Below are positions 1 to 8,061 of a DNA stretch of 64,000 bases, one piece after another. Made by a program: the position numbers and the translations under genes. The stretch is from an uncultured Bacilli bacterium (lineage in GTDB: Bacteria > Bacillota_I > Bacilli_A > RF39 > UBA660): the NCBI GenBank assembly GCA_934148535.1, contig CAKPDF010000003.1, forward strand, positions 29,515-93,514, given 5' to 3'. The notes under the pieces are model-generated. The model was not told the origin of the DNA. It saw nothing but the letters and a program-made list of their open reading frames with translations, and searched no databases. Each line of letters starts with the position of its first letter. The stretch's first letter is position 1.

Positions 1-174
1 TAAAATAACCTTTTCACCATTATACTCATATATCTCATAATTACCATTAAATTTTTTCTTGGAAACAGAAATATTCTTCTTACTAGCAATATAATCTATT
101 AAAGAAAATCCAATATTATGCCTAGTATTTTCATACTCCTTACCAGGATTACCTAATCCAACTATCAATTTCAT
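1..174 (-). CDS. pth: peptidyl-tRNA hydrolase, N-terminal part (gene runs off the window start)
   Basis: Reverse translation from the ATG at 172-174 reads [23 protein letters not shown]..., the canonical Pth N-terminus. The ATG overlaps the rsmI stop (TAATG). It is absent from the ORF track because it is open-ended. Confidence 0.8.
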   Translation of the reverse strand, partial: MKLIVGLGNPGKEYENTRHNIGFSLIDYIASKKNISVSKKKFNGNYEIYEYNGEKVIL

Positions 175-1037
175 TACTTACTCTCCTTATGATACATAGA
201 ATATACATCACTCTTTTTCATTTTTCTTTCCTTAGATACTCTTTTAATTGCAGACATAGTATCCATACCATCATCTATATATGAATTAATTTTACTTACA
301 ATATCAATTTCATCATCATTATTTTCAAAATAAGTACCATCATTACCAGATACAACAATAACAAATTCACCCTTAATATTTTCTAAAGTTGGAATTAAAT
401 CAGATATTTTACCACGATAAACACTTTCAAATTTTTTAGAAATCTCTCTAGAAAGACTAACCTCTCTATCACCAAAAATTTCTAACATCATCCCCATTGT
501 TTTTAATATTCTATGAGGTGCCTCATAAAAAATAATAGTATTAGAAACATCCTTTAAACTCCTAAGCTCTTTTTCCTTTTTACTATCTTTACTATCAAGA
601 AACCCATAAAAAGTAAATGGTTGTGGTGCAATACCAGAAACTATTAAAGCAGGAACAAATGCATTAGCACCAGGTAATCCAACAACATTAAAACCATTTT
701 CACTAACATATTTAACAGTTTTATAACCAGGATCACTAATAATAGGTGTTCCTCTATCAGTAACAATACCAACACTCATACCATTTTTTAAATATTCTAA
801 CACCTTATCCTTAACAATATCTTCATTATGATCATGTAGCGCAATTAATTTCTTATGAATATTAAAGTGTTGTAATAATTGCAAAGTAACTCTAGTATCT
901 TCACTAAATAAAATATCAACATTTTCTAATGTCTTCACTGCTCTATATGTCATATCATCCATATTACCAATCGGAGTAGGAATTAAATATAAACAAGGAC
1001 TACCATCATAATTTTTTTGCCACATACTCACCACCAT
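174..1037 (-). CDS. rsmI: 16S rRNA (cytidine1402-2'-O)-methyltransferase RsmI (YabC)
   Basis: [10 protein letters not shown]...DMT.RA...L..VD.LFSEDTR N-terminus and a tetrapyrrole-methylase fold pattern. Synteny with yabB/yaaT/holB matches B. subtilis. Confidence 0.9.
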   Translation of the reverse strand: MVVSMWQKNYDGSPCLYLIPTPIGNMDDMTYRAVKTLENVDILFSEDTRVTLQLLQHFNIHKKLIALHDHNEDIVKDKVLEYLKNGMSVGIVTDRGTPIISDPGYKTVKYVSENGFNVVGLPGANAFVPALIVSGIAPQPFTFYGFLDSKDSKKEKELRSLKDVSNTIIFYEAPHRILKTMGMMLEIFGDREVSLSREISKKFESVYRGKISDLIPTLENIKGEFVIVVSGNDGTYFENNDDEIDIVSKINSYIDDGMDTMSAIKRVSKERKMKKSDVYSMYHKESK

Positions 1038-1042
1038 ACTTT

Positions 1043-1759
1043 CTAAGAAAACATAAGTTTAATATTATCACAATAACTACCATCTTTATTATGAATAACA
1101 ATAGCAGGCATCACTTTTAATCCAGGTTTCCCATTTTTAGTAGCTTCAATCAAAAATAAATCACTTTCTCTACCATCTTTAGGATAAATAAACTGTACTT
1201 TTTTAGGTTCTAAATGATATTCTTTCATTTTTTCAACAATTGAAATAAACCTAGAAATCCGATGAACCATAGCAAAATTACCACCATTTTTAAGTAAGTA
1301 AAAAGCACTATTTAAAACATCATCTAATTTCAAAGTTACCTCATGTCTAGCAAGCATCTTAACGCTATTTTCATTAAAATAACCATCACTATTAGTAGAA
1401 AAATATGGTGGATTACATAAAACAGTATCAAAAGAATCCTGATCATAATAATCAGATATATTTCTAACATCACCACATATTAAATTAATTCTATCATTAA
1501 GATTATTTTCATTAATAGATTGAATACCTAAATCATAAACACATTTCTGTAATTCTATAGCATCTATTTTAGCATTTGTTTTAGTAGTAAGAAGCATTGG
1601 AATAGGTGCATTACCACTAGCTAAATCCATTATATGCTTGCATTTTAAATTTAAAGTTACAAAATTAACCAATAAAACTGAATCCAACGAAAACTTAAAA
1701 TAATCGTTATCTTGATAAATAACCATATCAAAATCAAGCAATCTATTTTTTTGCTTCAT
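1043..1759 (-). CDS. SAM-dependent N6-adenine methyltransferase, YabB/TrmN6-like
   Basis: NPPYF catalytic motif and a DLASGNAPIP SAM-binding loop. The position between yaaT and rsmI matches B. subtilis yabB. Confidence 0.75.
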   Translation of the reverse strand: MKQKNRLLDFDMVIYQDNDYFKFSLDSVLLVNFVTLNLKCKHIMDLASGNAPIPMLLTTKTNAKIDAIELQKCVYDLGIQSINENNLNDRINLICGDVRNISDYYDQDSFDTVLCNPPYFSTNSDGYFNENSVKMLARHEVTLKLDDVLNSAFYLLKNGGNFAMVHRISRFISIVEKMKEYHLEPKKVQFIYPKDGRESDLFLIEATKNGKPGLKVMPAIVIHNKDGSYCDNIKLMFS

Positions 1760-2531
1760 CTACACACACTTCCATAACAGATCTATCATCAAAAGAAACA
1801 AAATATTTTCTCTTTAAAACATCAACAGAAATAACCTTACCATTCTTATTATCAATTTTAACTTTATCACCAACACTAGGAACACCCTTATGATACTCAG
1901 AATAAACATCATTTTCATATTTTAAGCAACATAAAAGTCTACCACAAACACCATTAATTTTAGAAGGATTTAAAAGTAAACTTTGATTTTTAGCCATATT
2001 AATAGAAATACTATCAAATGAAGTCAAAAAACTACTACAACACAATCTTCTTCCACAAGGACCTATACCACCAATTTCTTTAGCCTTATCCCTAATACCA
2101 ATCTGCCTTAACTCAATTCTAGTTTTAAAAACTGAACCCAATTCTTTAGCAAGAGTTCTAAAATCAACCCTCTCATCAGCAACAAATCTAAATAAAAGTT
2201 GACTTCTATCAAAATTATATGAAGAATCAATAATATTCATATTAAGTTCATACTTACTTATAAGCTCCTTACATTTACTAATTGCGTTTTTAGCGTCTTT
2301 TAAATTTTTAATATGCTGAGAAAAATCCTTTTTAGAAGAAATTCTAACGACACTTCCCATATTATCAATATCAAAACCTAAAGTATCTTCAATTATGTTT
2401 ACAACAGTACCAAACATAAGTCCCCTATCAGAAGAAACAATAACTGTTAAATTTTTCTTTAATTTAAAACCATTATCAACATAATAAGAAGTATTCTTTG
2501 CATTATCAAAACTAATTTCTACAATATTCAC
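1743..2531 (-). CDS. yaaT: PSP1-domain protein YaaT/RicT (stage 0 sporulation / RNase Y regulator)
   Basis: Cys cluster GPCGRRLCCSSFL...CGRLLCCLKYE is typical of the PSP1/YaaT family. The gene lies immediately downstream of holB. Confidence 0.85.
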   Translation of the reverse strand: MNIVEISFDNAKNTSYYVDNGFKLKKNLTVIVSSDRGLMFGTVVNIIEDTLGFDIDNMGSVVRISSKKDFSQHIKNLKDAKNAISKCKELISKYELNMNIIDSSYNFDRSQLLFRFVADERVDFRTLAKELGSVFKTRIELRQIGIRDKAKEIGGIGPCGRRLCCSSFLTSFDSISINMAKNQSLLLNPSKINGVCGRLLCCLKYENDVYSEYHKGVPSVGDKVKIDNKNGKVISVDVLKRKYFVSFDDRSVMEVCVDEAKK

Positions 2532-2536
2532 AAAAT

Positions 2537-3490
2537 CTACTCTCCTAACTCGATAACTAAACTATCCATAAGTAAATTCAAATTCAAATTATACTTAATT
2601 AATTCCATATATTTTATTAAAACATTAATCCTATTAATTACATCATCAGTTTTCAACATATTAGCAATTTTAATAACCTTTACTTCATAATCAACATAAA
2701 ACTCCAATTTGTCATATAACTTATACTTTAATATATCATAATATAAAGAAATAAGCAATTGAAAGCCAATAATAAAAGAAATTCTATCACTAAATATATC
2801 TAACCATAATTTCTTCATATACACTATAGTACCATTTTTATGCTCCTCAAAATATAAAGAGAATTTTAAAATAGAATTAACATAATTATCAACCTCTATT
2901 TCTTCTATTTTACTATCTTTAGTAATTTCAAAAATCAAGTTTTTAGCATAATCTAAAGTATTATTAAATTTACTATTATTAACAAGTTTAATATATTGAC
3001 ATCTTGAAACAATAGTAGGCAATATTGAATCAATATTAGAAGTAACTAAAATAGCAACAATATTAGAAACAGGTTCCTCTAAAAATTTCAAAATAGAATT
3101 AGAAGCTTGTACATTCATTTTTTCGCAATTCCAAATAACATAAACCCTTCTATTTCCTTCAATACTAGATAAGTTAAACTCTTCCTGTAAATCTTTTAAT
3201 TGCTCCTTTTTAATATAAAGACCATCAGGATAAACATATCTAACCTCTGGATCATTACCATTTTCTATTCTCATACACCTACTACATTCACCACAGTTTG
3301 AATTATTTGAATAACCATAAGGACAAAGTAATAACTTAACAAAAGATGAAATAAAACCATTAATATCAGTAAAATTATTACTATCAATTAAATACGCATG
3401 AAATACCCTATTCATAAGTATTGAATTTTTTATCATTCTATATGCAACACATTGACTATCCTTATAATCATCAAACATAAACTTCACCAC
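2537..3490 (-). CDS. holB: DNA polymerase III delta' subunit
   Basis: HAYL motif, a CxxC zinc module (CGECSRC) and a SRCQ sensor motif (TIVSRCQYIKL). Synteny supports the call. Confidence 0.85.
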   Translation of the reverse strand: MVKFMFDDYKDSQCVAYRMIKNSILMNRVFHAYLIDSNNFTDINGFISSFVKLLLCPYGYSNNSNCGECSRCMRIENGNDPEVRYVYPDGLYIKKEQLKDLQEEFNLSSIEGNRRVYVIWNCEKMNVQASNSILKFLEEPVSNIVAILVTSNIDSILPTIVSRCQYIKLVNNSKFNNTLDYAKNLIFEITKDSKIEEIEVDNYVNSILKFSLYFEEHKNGTIVYMKKLWLDIFSDRISFIIGFQLLISLYYDILKYKLYDKLEFYVDYEVKVIKIANMLKTDDVINRINVLIKYMELIKYNLNLNLLMDSLVIELGE

Positions 3491-3688
3491 CTATATCAAA
3501 AAAGAAAAAAGTATTAAACAAAACAAAGCTGGAATACCAAATAAAGTAACTAAAAATAAAGTAATAAAATTAATAGGTACAACCCCACCAGAAAAGACAT
3601 TAATAGAATTATAAGCATATAAAAGCAAACCTGCCAAAACAAATTTTTTACAAATATTAAAAACTCTTTTCAACATAAATATCACCAC
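3491..3688 (-). CDS. bofA: BofA-like small membrane protein (pro-sigmaK processing inhibitor family)
   Basis: A two-TM 65-aa protein. KFVLAGLLLYAYN...GVVPINFITLFLVTLFGIPALF resembles remembered B. subtilis BofA (KFVAGALLLVCVN...GIHVPINLVT...GILGIPGIA). It sits after recR, as in Bacillus. Confidence 0.6.
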   Translation of the reverse strand: MVIFMLKRVFNICKKFVLAGLLLYAYNSINVFSGGVVPINFITLFLVTLFGIPALFCLILFSFLI

Positions 3689-3712
3689 TAAATATTATGC
3701 TAAATCTACCTA

Positions 3713-4309
3713 TTAATTCACACTCTTTCTTTGCTCTAAAGCCATTTCTAAAGTTAAAGAATCTATATATTCTAAATCGGTGCCCATAGGAACCCCTGTA
3801 GCAAGTTTAGACACTTTAACATCATAAGAACTTAAAATCTTAGTAATATATTGCATAGTTGTCTCGCCCTCAAGACTAGGTTTAAGAGCCAAAATCACTT
3901 CTTTAATATTATTATTTTTAATTCTTGCTACCAAAGATGAAATATTTATATCCTCAGGACCTATTCCATCCATTGGAGAAATAACCCCATCTAATATATG
4001 ATATACACCATCATAAATACCTAATTTTTCAAAAGAAATAACATCTTTTGCCTTTTCAACAACAAATACAGTATCTTGTCTCCTCATCTTATCAGCACAA
4101 ATACTACAAATATCAGATTCAGAAATATTATTACAAACAGAACATTTAACAATTTTATCTCTTACTCCTATTATAGCATCAGAAAAATCAGTAAGAACAT
4201 CATCATCAAAATTGAGCATAGAAAAAGCCAACCTTTCAGCAGTCTTTTCTCCTATACCAGGTAAATATTTAAATGAATCTATTAATTTTCTAACAGAATT
4301 AGGTAACAT
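3713..4309 (-). CDS. recR: recombination protein RecR
   Basis: LPGIGEKTAERLAF helix-hairpin-helix, a C4 zinc finger (CSVCNN...CSIC) and a Toprim region. Confidence 0.95.
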   Translation of the reverse strand: MLPNSVRKLIDSFKYLPGIGEKTAERLAFSMLNFDDDVLTDFSDAIIGVRDKIVKCSVCNNISESDICSICADKMRRQDTVFVVEKAKDVISFEKLGIYDGVYHILDGVISPMDGIGPEDINISSLVARIKNNNIKEVILALKPSLEGETTMQYITKILSSYDVKVSKLATGVPMGTDLEYIDSLTLEMALEQRKSVN

Positions 4310-4311
4310 TA

Positions 4312-4611
4312 TTACATCAACCCATTTAAAGCAGAACCATATTTACTCATTTTCTTTTCTTTATCAGCATCAGCTTTCTTAATAGCATCATTTACAGCAA
4401 CTAAAATCATATCTTCTAACATTTCAACATCATCTTTTGTAATATCGTCATCAATATTAATCTTTATACTTTTAAGTTTCTTATTACCATCAACAACTAC
4501 AGATACTATAGAAGATTCCCCAGTATACTCAGTTTTATTTAACTCCTCTTGAGTCTTCATTAAATCTTTTTGCATTTTTTGAGCTTCTCTCATTAAATTT
4601 TGAATATTCAT
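4312..4611 (-). CDS. yaaK: nucleoid-associated protein YbaB/EbfC (YaaK)
   Basis: MNIQNLMREAQKMQ... start. The ATG at 4611 has the AGGAGAGG RBS at correct spacing, whereas the track start at 4620 abuts the RBS. dnaX-yaaK-recR synteny supports the call. Confidence 0.9.
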   Translation of the reverse strand: MNIQNLMREAQKMQKDLMKTQEELNKTEYTGESSIVSVVVDGNKKLKSIKINIDDDITKDDVEMLEDMILVAVNDAIKKADADKEKKMSKYGSALNGLM

Positions 4612-4632
4612 AACTATCATCCTCTCCTTATT

Positions 4633-6303
4633 TTATATATATTCAATCTTATCACTACCAATGATATCAATAATTTTATCAATATCGCTATCACTCTTAG
4701 ATAATGATTTATCTAATTCATCATCTTTTTCTTCTACATAAACATACTTATACCCTTTTTGAATATTTTCAATATATTTACTTTTTTCATATTTCCACTC
4801 ATCATTAGCAAGAAATACAACCCTATACTCCTTATTTAGAAGATTATAGATTAATTTTTCAATCGCTAATATATTGGTATATAATCTATCTAATAAAGTA
4901 TCATATTTAGCAAGTAACATTAAATTATTATCCCCTGCAACAATAATATCAACATCTTTTAACATTCCAGCTATAGCACCATATTCCGCATCTAACAACA
5001 AATTATCTAAATTTTTCCAAGATTTTTTTACTTCTAACAATCTTTCTTTAGAAGCACTAGAAAAAGTATTATTAATTCTAATTTGCCTTTTCTTTTCATC
5101 AAAAAAATTATTATTATCAACAATTTTTGTTAAATTAGAACTTACAATACAACTTGAATTATCAGTATCTTTTGTATCAGTAGCATTTTTTTTAACCTCT
5201 TTATTATTATCATTATTATCCTTTTTGACATCTACAGACAAATTTTCAGATATTTTAATCAAAGATACACCTAACAATACATATGGAACAGTTGATCCTT
5301 TAATATTAGTAAGTAAATCATTTAAATAAAGCATTAAATCATAAAACTTAGAAACACTATATAAATTAGAAATCTTTTCAATATTTTCATTTTCTATATT
5401 ATTATAAGTACCAGTAGTTTTAAAATAAATAACATCTCTAATATAATATAAAAATTCTTCCAAAAACTTAGAAACATTTTTACCAGTAGTATTAACATTT
5501 TCAGAAAATGAAATAATATTATCATATTCCTTATTAAATAAATAACTTACCAACTTATATAATTCTTCATAAGAATATGTACCACTCAACTTATAAATAT
5601 CATCTAAAACAATTTTTCCATTACCAAAAGAAGACAACTGATCCAACATATTTATAGCATCTCTCATTCCACCATCAGATAATCTTGCAATCTCAAATAA
5701 AGAATCATCATCTACATCAATATTTTCCAATTTAGCAATTGTTTTAAGCCTAGAAACAATTGCATCATTTGAAACTCTAGTAAATTGAAATTTCTGACAT
5801 CTAGAAACAACAGTAACAGGAATCTTAAAAAATTCAGTAGTTGCCAATATAAAAATAACATGACTAGGCGGTTCTTCTAATGTTTTTAATAAAGCATTAA
5901 ATGCTTGAGTAGTAAGCATATGTACTTCATCTATTATATAAACCTTATATTTGTTGCCAGAAGGAACTAAATTAACCTTATCCCTAAGCTCCCTAATTTC
6001 ATCCACTCCATTATTAGAAGCAGCATCAATTTCAACAATATCACTACTAGAATCAAAATTTTTACAAGATTCACAAACACCACAAGGCATACCATCAGAA
6101 CCTAAATTTTCACAATTAACCATTCTAGCCATTATTTTAGCAGTAGTTGTCTTCCCAGTACCCCTAGGGCCAGCAAATAAATATGCATGAGATACTTTAT
6201 TATTAAGAATTTCCCTCTTAATAACTTCAATCACCTCATTTTGATCAACCATATCTTCAAAATTATGTGGTCTATATTTTCGATATAAAGCCAAGTATGA
6301 CAT
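4633..6303 (-). CDS. dnaX: DNA polymerase III gamma/tau subunit
   Basis: Walker A GPRGTGKTT, a Zn module CGVCESC, IIDEVHML and SRCQ motifs. Confidence 0.95.
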   Translation of the reverse strand: MSYLALYRKYRPHNFEDMVDQNEVIEVIKREILNNKVSHAYLFAGPRGTGKTTTAKIMARMVNCENLGSDGMPCGVCESCKNFDSSSDIVEIDAASNNGVDEIRELRDKVNLVPSGNKYKVYIIDEVHMLTTQAFNALLKTLEEPPSHVIFILATTEFFKIPVTVVSRCQKFQFTRVSNDAIVSRLKTIAKLENIDVDDDSLFEIARLSDGGMRDAINMLDQLSSFGNGKIVLDDIYKLSGTYSYEELYKLVSYLFNKEYDNIISFSENVNTTGKNVSKFLEEFLYYIRDVIYFKTTGTYNNIENENIEKISNLYSVSKFYDLMLYLNDLLTNIKGSTVPYVLLGVSLIKISENLSVDVKKDNNDNNKEVKKNATDTKDTDNSSCIVSSNLTKIVDNNNFFDEKKRQIRINNTFSSASKERLLEVKKSWKNLDNLLLDAEYGAIAGMLKDVDIIVAGDNNLMLLAKYDTLLDRLYTNILAIEKLIYNLLNKEYRVVFLANDEWKYEKSKYIENIQKGYKYVYVEEKDDELDKSLSKSDSDIDKIIDIIGSDKIEYI

Positions 6304-6407
6304 ATTATCACCTCAAATTGCACACTAAATATTATAGCATAAAATTAAAATAAATGTATAATAATTTACTAAAAATTAAGCAAACAAACGTTTGCAATAT
6401 ATTTTCA

Positions 6408-6486
6408 AAAAAAGACGCACACAATAAGAGGTTGTTAAAGCTGCTATCTTCCAATCCTGACTTGGTTCCAACATTATTATTGCGTC
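6408..6486 (-). ncRNA. ffs: small (4.5S-type) signal recognition particle RNA
   Basis: The minus strand reads GACGCAAUAAUAAUGUUGGAACCAAGUCAGGAUUGGAAGAUAGCAGCUUUAACAACCUCUUAUUGUGUGCGUC followed by a U-run. It contains the conserved domain IV core ACCA-GUCAGG-nnn-GGAAG-nn-AGCAGC with a GGAA tetraloop. The closing stem is GACGCA/UGCGUC. It lies upstream of dnaX, as scr does in B. subtilis. Confidence 0.85.
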
Positions 6487-6492
6487 AATAAA

Positions 6493-6521
6493 ATAATACA
6501 ATAATAGTAAAAAAAAAGCAA
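6493..6521 (-). promoter_or_regulatory. sigmaA-type promoter of the SRP RNA
   Basis: Minus strand: TTGCTT (6516-6521), a 17-nt spacer, TATTAT (6493-6498), then 6 nt before the G at 6486. Confidence 0.45.
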
Positions 6522-6570
6522 GTAATTATTAATAAAAAATAAGTTTTTTTTAGTTTTTAAAAATTTAATT

Positions 6571-6639
6571 ATTTCCCAACATCAATTTTAATTTTTCGAT
6601 TATTTCCCAATAGTATTTTTAATTTTTTTAATATTTCCC
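6571..6639 (+). repeat. three phased ATTTCCC half-sites (Noc-site half) with 31-bp spacing
   Basis: ATTTCCC occurs at 6571, 6602 and 6633. Each sits inside the unit ATTATTTCCCAAnnnnATTTTTAA, and all are in the same orientation. Confidence 0.7.
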
Positions 6640-6673
6640 AAGGCAAATTTTTAAAATTCAAAAAAATATTTTA

Positions 6674-6689
6674 TGTTTCACGTGAAACA
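6674..6689. promoter_or_regulatory. parS site 1 (perfect TGTTTCACGTGAAACA)
   Basis: A 16-bp perfect palindrome identical to the Firmicute ParB/Spo0J consensus tGTTnCACGTGAAACa. Confidence 0.8.
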
Positions 6690-6815
6690 TCACTTTAACA
6701 TTCTCTAAATTAAATAAAAGAATAAAAAAATATATATATTTATAAGCAAAAAAATATGTAAAAATACAATTAAAATAAAATAACATATTAGAATATAGAA
6801 TACAACATTTTTTTT

Positions 6816-6831
6816 AGTTTCACGTGAAACA
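6816..6831. promoter_or_regulatory. parS site 2 (AGTTTCACGTGAAACA)
   Basis: 15/16 match to the palindromic consensus. The mismatch is at the outermost base. Confidence 0.7.
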
Positions 6832-6917
6832 TAACAAAAAATATAGATTAAAGCAAAAATAATTATAAAATATATTATATAAAAATATTAAACATAAAAT
6901 ATAACATAAAAGAACCA

Positions 6918-6933
6918 TGTTTCACGTGGAACT
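6918..6933. promoter_or_regulatory. parS site 3 (TGTTTCACGTGGAACT)
   Basis: Core GTTTCACGTGGAAC. The T/C alternation at the N position is as in B. subtilis parS. The outer base is mismatched. Confidence 0.65.
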
Positions 6934-7085
6934 TAGGGATAAATAATATCATTAAAATACAAAATTGCATGACAAAAAAGTTAAAAACAATTACTCTTAG
7001 CATCAAATAACTATGAAAATGTTTAGTAATAAGAAAAATGCAAATATTTTTTTTATTTTTGAAGCAAATACAAATATACAGAAAA

Positions 7086-7101
7086 CGTTCCACGTGAAAC
7101 A
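7086..7101. promoter_or_regulatory. parS site 4 (CGTTCCACGTGAAACA)
   Basis: Core GTTCCACGTGAAAC is identical to the B. subtilis spo0J-internal parS core. Confidence 0.7.
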
Positions 7102-7147
7102 TAAATTAATATTGAAATAACTATTAACTATAATATTAATAGATTTT

Positions 7148-7161
7148 ATTCTCTGAGAAAT
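7148..7161. promoter_or_regulatory. decayed NBS-like palindrome (ATTCTCTGAGAAAT)
   Basis: It aligns positionally with the NBS palindromes of the two younger repeat units, but it has 4 substitutions in the CCCGGG core. Confidence 0.35.
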
Positions 7162-7187
7162 AATAATTTTATTATAATTTTATAATT

Positions 7188-7224
7188 ATTTTCAAGCTAA
7201 TTTTTTCAAATTTAATTATTTTCC
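7188..7224 (+). repeat. two decayed half-sites (ATTTTCA 7188, ATTTTCC 7218)
   Basis: The flanks (..CAAGCTAATTTTTT.. and ..CGACAnTGATTTTAAA) are homologous to the half-site units at 7871 and 7902. Confidence 0.5.
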
Positions 7225-7329
7225 GACACTGATTTTAAATATTTAAATACTAAAAAAATAGAATTAGTCAAAAAAACTATATTTACTTTGAACTAAATAT
7301 ATATAATTTAAAAATAATAAAATATTAAA

Positions 7330-7345
7330 AGTTCCACGTGGAACA
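7330..7345. promoter_or_regulatory. parS site 5 (AGTTCCACGTGGAACA)
   Basis: The 14-bp perfect palindrome GTTCCACGTGGAAC fits the parS consensus. Confidence 0.7.
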
Positions 7346-7485
7346 TAACTACATAAAAATACATACTATTATAATAAATAATTAAAATATTAAATATTAT
7401 TTTTAGATTTAAAAAGTATAATAAAAAATATATTACTAAATTGAAAAATATAACTTAAATCAAGATAATTAATTTTAAATATTAA

Positions 7486-7494
7486 TTATCAACA
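7486..7494 (+). promoter_or_regulatory. DnaA-box-like TTATCAACA inside repeat unit 1
   Basis: This is the same 9-mer variant that dominates the oriC clusters flanking dnaA. Confidence 0.4.
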
Positions 7495-7512
7495 GATTTT
7501 TTAATCTATTTT

Positions 7513-7526
7513 ATTTCCCAGGAAAT
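7513..7526. promoter_or_regulatory. NBS-like palindrome ATTTCCCAGGAAAT (1 mismatch to the Noc site)
   Basis: 13/14 match to the B. subtilis Noc-binding sequence ATTTCCCGGGAAAT. Confidence 0.55.
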
Positions 7527-7547
7527 AATAATTTTGAATTTTAAATT

Positions 7548-7585
7548 ATTTCCCGAACTATTTTTTTAAAATTCGATTATTTCCC
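7548..7585 (+). repeat. two phased ATTTCCC half-sites (7548, 7579)
   Basis: Spacing is 31 bp. They share orientation and flanks with the other half-site units. Confidence 0.65.
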
Positions 7586-7653
7586 GACATTAATTTTTAA
7601 TATCTAATTAAATTAAATAAATATATATATTTTAAAAATAATGAAATGTTTAA

Positions 7654-7669
7654 TGTTTCACGTGAAACA
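7654..7669. promoter_or_regulatory. parS site 6 (perfect TGTTTCACGTGAAACA)
   Basis: A 16-bp perfect palindrome identical to site 1. Confidence 0.8.
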
Positions 7670-7808
7670 TACTACATAAAACATATAATATTTTAATAGA
7701 TAATTAAAATATTAAATATTTATTTTAGATTTAAAAAATATAATAAAAAATTATATTACTAAATTGAAAAATATAACTTAAATTAAAATAATTAATTTTA
7801 AATATTAA

Positions 7809-7817
7809 TTATCAACA
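7809..7817 (+). promoter_or_regulatory. DnaA-box-like TTATCAACA inside repeat unit 2
   Basis: Positional homologue of 7486-7494. Confidence 0.4.
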
Positions 7818-7835
7818 GATTTTTTAATCTACTTT

Positions 7836-7849
7836 ATTTCCCGGGAAAT
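7836..7849. promoter_or_regulatory. exact Noc-binding-site palindrome ATTTCCCGGGAAAT
   Basis: 14/14 identity to the published B. subtilis NBS consensus. The flanking T/A extends it to a 16-bp palindrome (7835-7850). Confidence 0.65.
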
Positions 7850-7870
7850 AGTAATTTTGAATTTTTGATT

Positions 7871-7940
7871 ATTTCCCAAGCTAATTTTTTAAAATTCGAT
7901 TATTTCCCGACATCAATTTTAAAAAATCAAATTATTTTCC
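7871..7940 (+). repeat. three phased half-sites (ATTTCCC 7871, 7902; decayed ATTTTCC 7934)
   Basis: Spacing is 31-32 bp, all in the same orientation. Confidence 0.65.
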
Positions 7941-7966
7941 AAACAAATTTTTAAAATAAAAATTAG

Positions 7967-8037
7967 TTATCAACAAAAATAATAACTAATTTAAAAATAA
8001 ATTTATTTATCTTTTATTTAAAAAAGAGTTTTCCACA
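7967..8037 (+). promoter_or_regulatory. two DnaA-box-like 9-mers (TTATCAACA 7967-7975, TTTTCCACA 8029-8037)
   Basis: These are the same box variants found in the oriC clusters. They lie just downstream of the gyrA stop. Confidence 0.35.
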
Positions 8038-8061
8038 GAAAAATAAGAAAAATAAAAAAGA

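Larger units (their letters stand above)
7330..7975 (+). repeat. tandem direct duplication of a ~324-bp module (7330-7653 and 7654-~7975)
   Basis: Each unit contains, in order: parS, an AT-rich spacer, TTATCAACA, an NBS palindrome, and 2-3 ATTTCCC half-sites. The two units align end to end with only scattered substitutions. Confidence 0.85.

Noticed and set aside
4076-6190. Track ORFs 4076-4264(+), 4874-5329(+) and 5951-6190(+), antisense to recR and dnaX
   Set aside because: They lie wholly inside well-supported genes on the opposite strand. Their translations are low-complexity (Ser/Leu/Phe/Ile-rich), as is typical of shadow frames in AT-rich DNA. They have no RBS.
6875-7102. 75-aa ORF inside the parS array
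   Set aside because: It has no RBS and its composition is Phe/Ile/Cys-rich nonsense. It spans two parS palindromes, and the region is explained better as a protein-binding repeat array.
6674-7669. The CACGTG palindromes as transcription terminators or RNA hairpins
   Set aside because: They are loop-less 16-bp perfect palindromes with no adjacent T-runs. They match a known protein-binding consensus exactly.
6560-8040. The regularly spaced repeats as a CRISPR array
   Set aside because: The repeated units are not separated by unique spacers of constant length. The 'repeats' are short half-sites within larger duplicated modules. No cas genes or leader are present.
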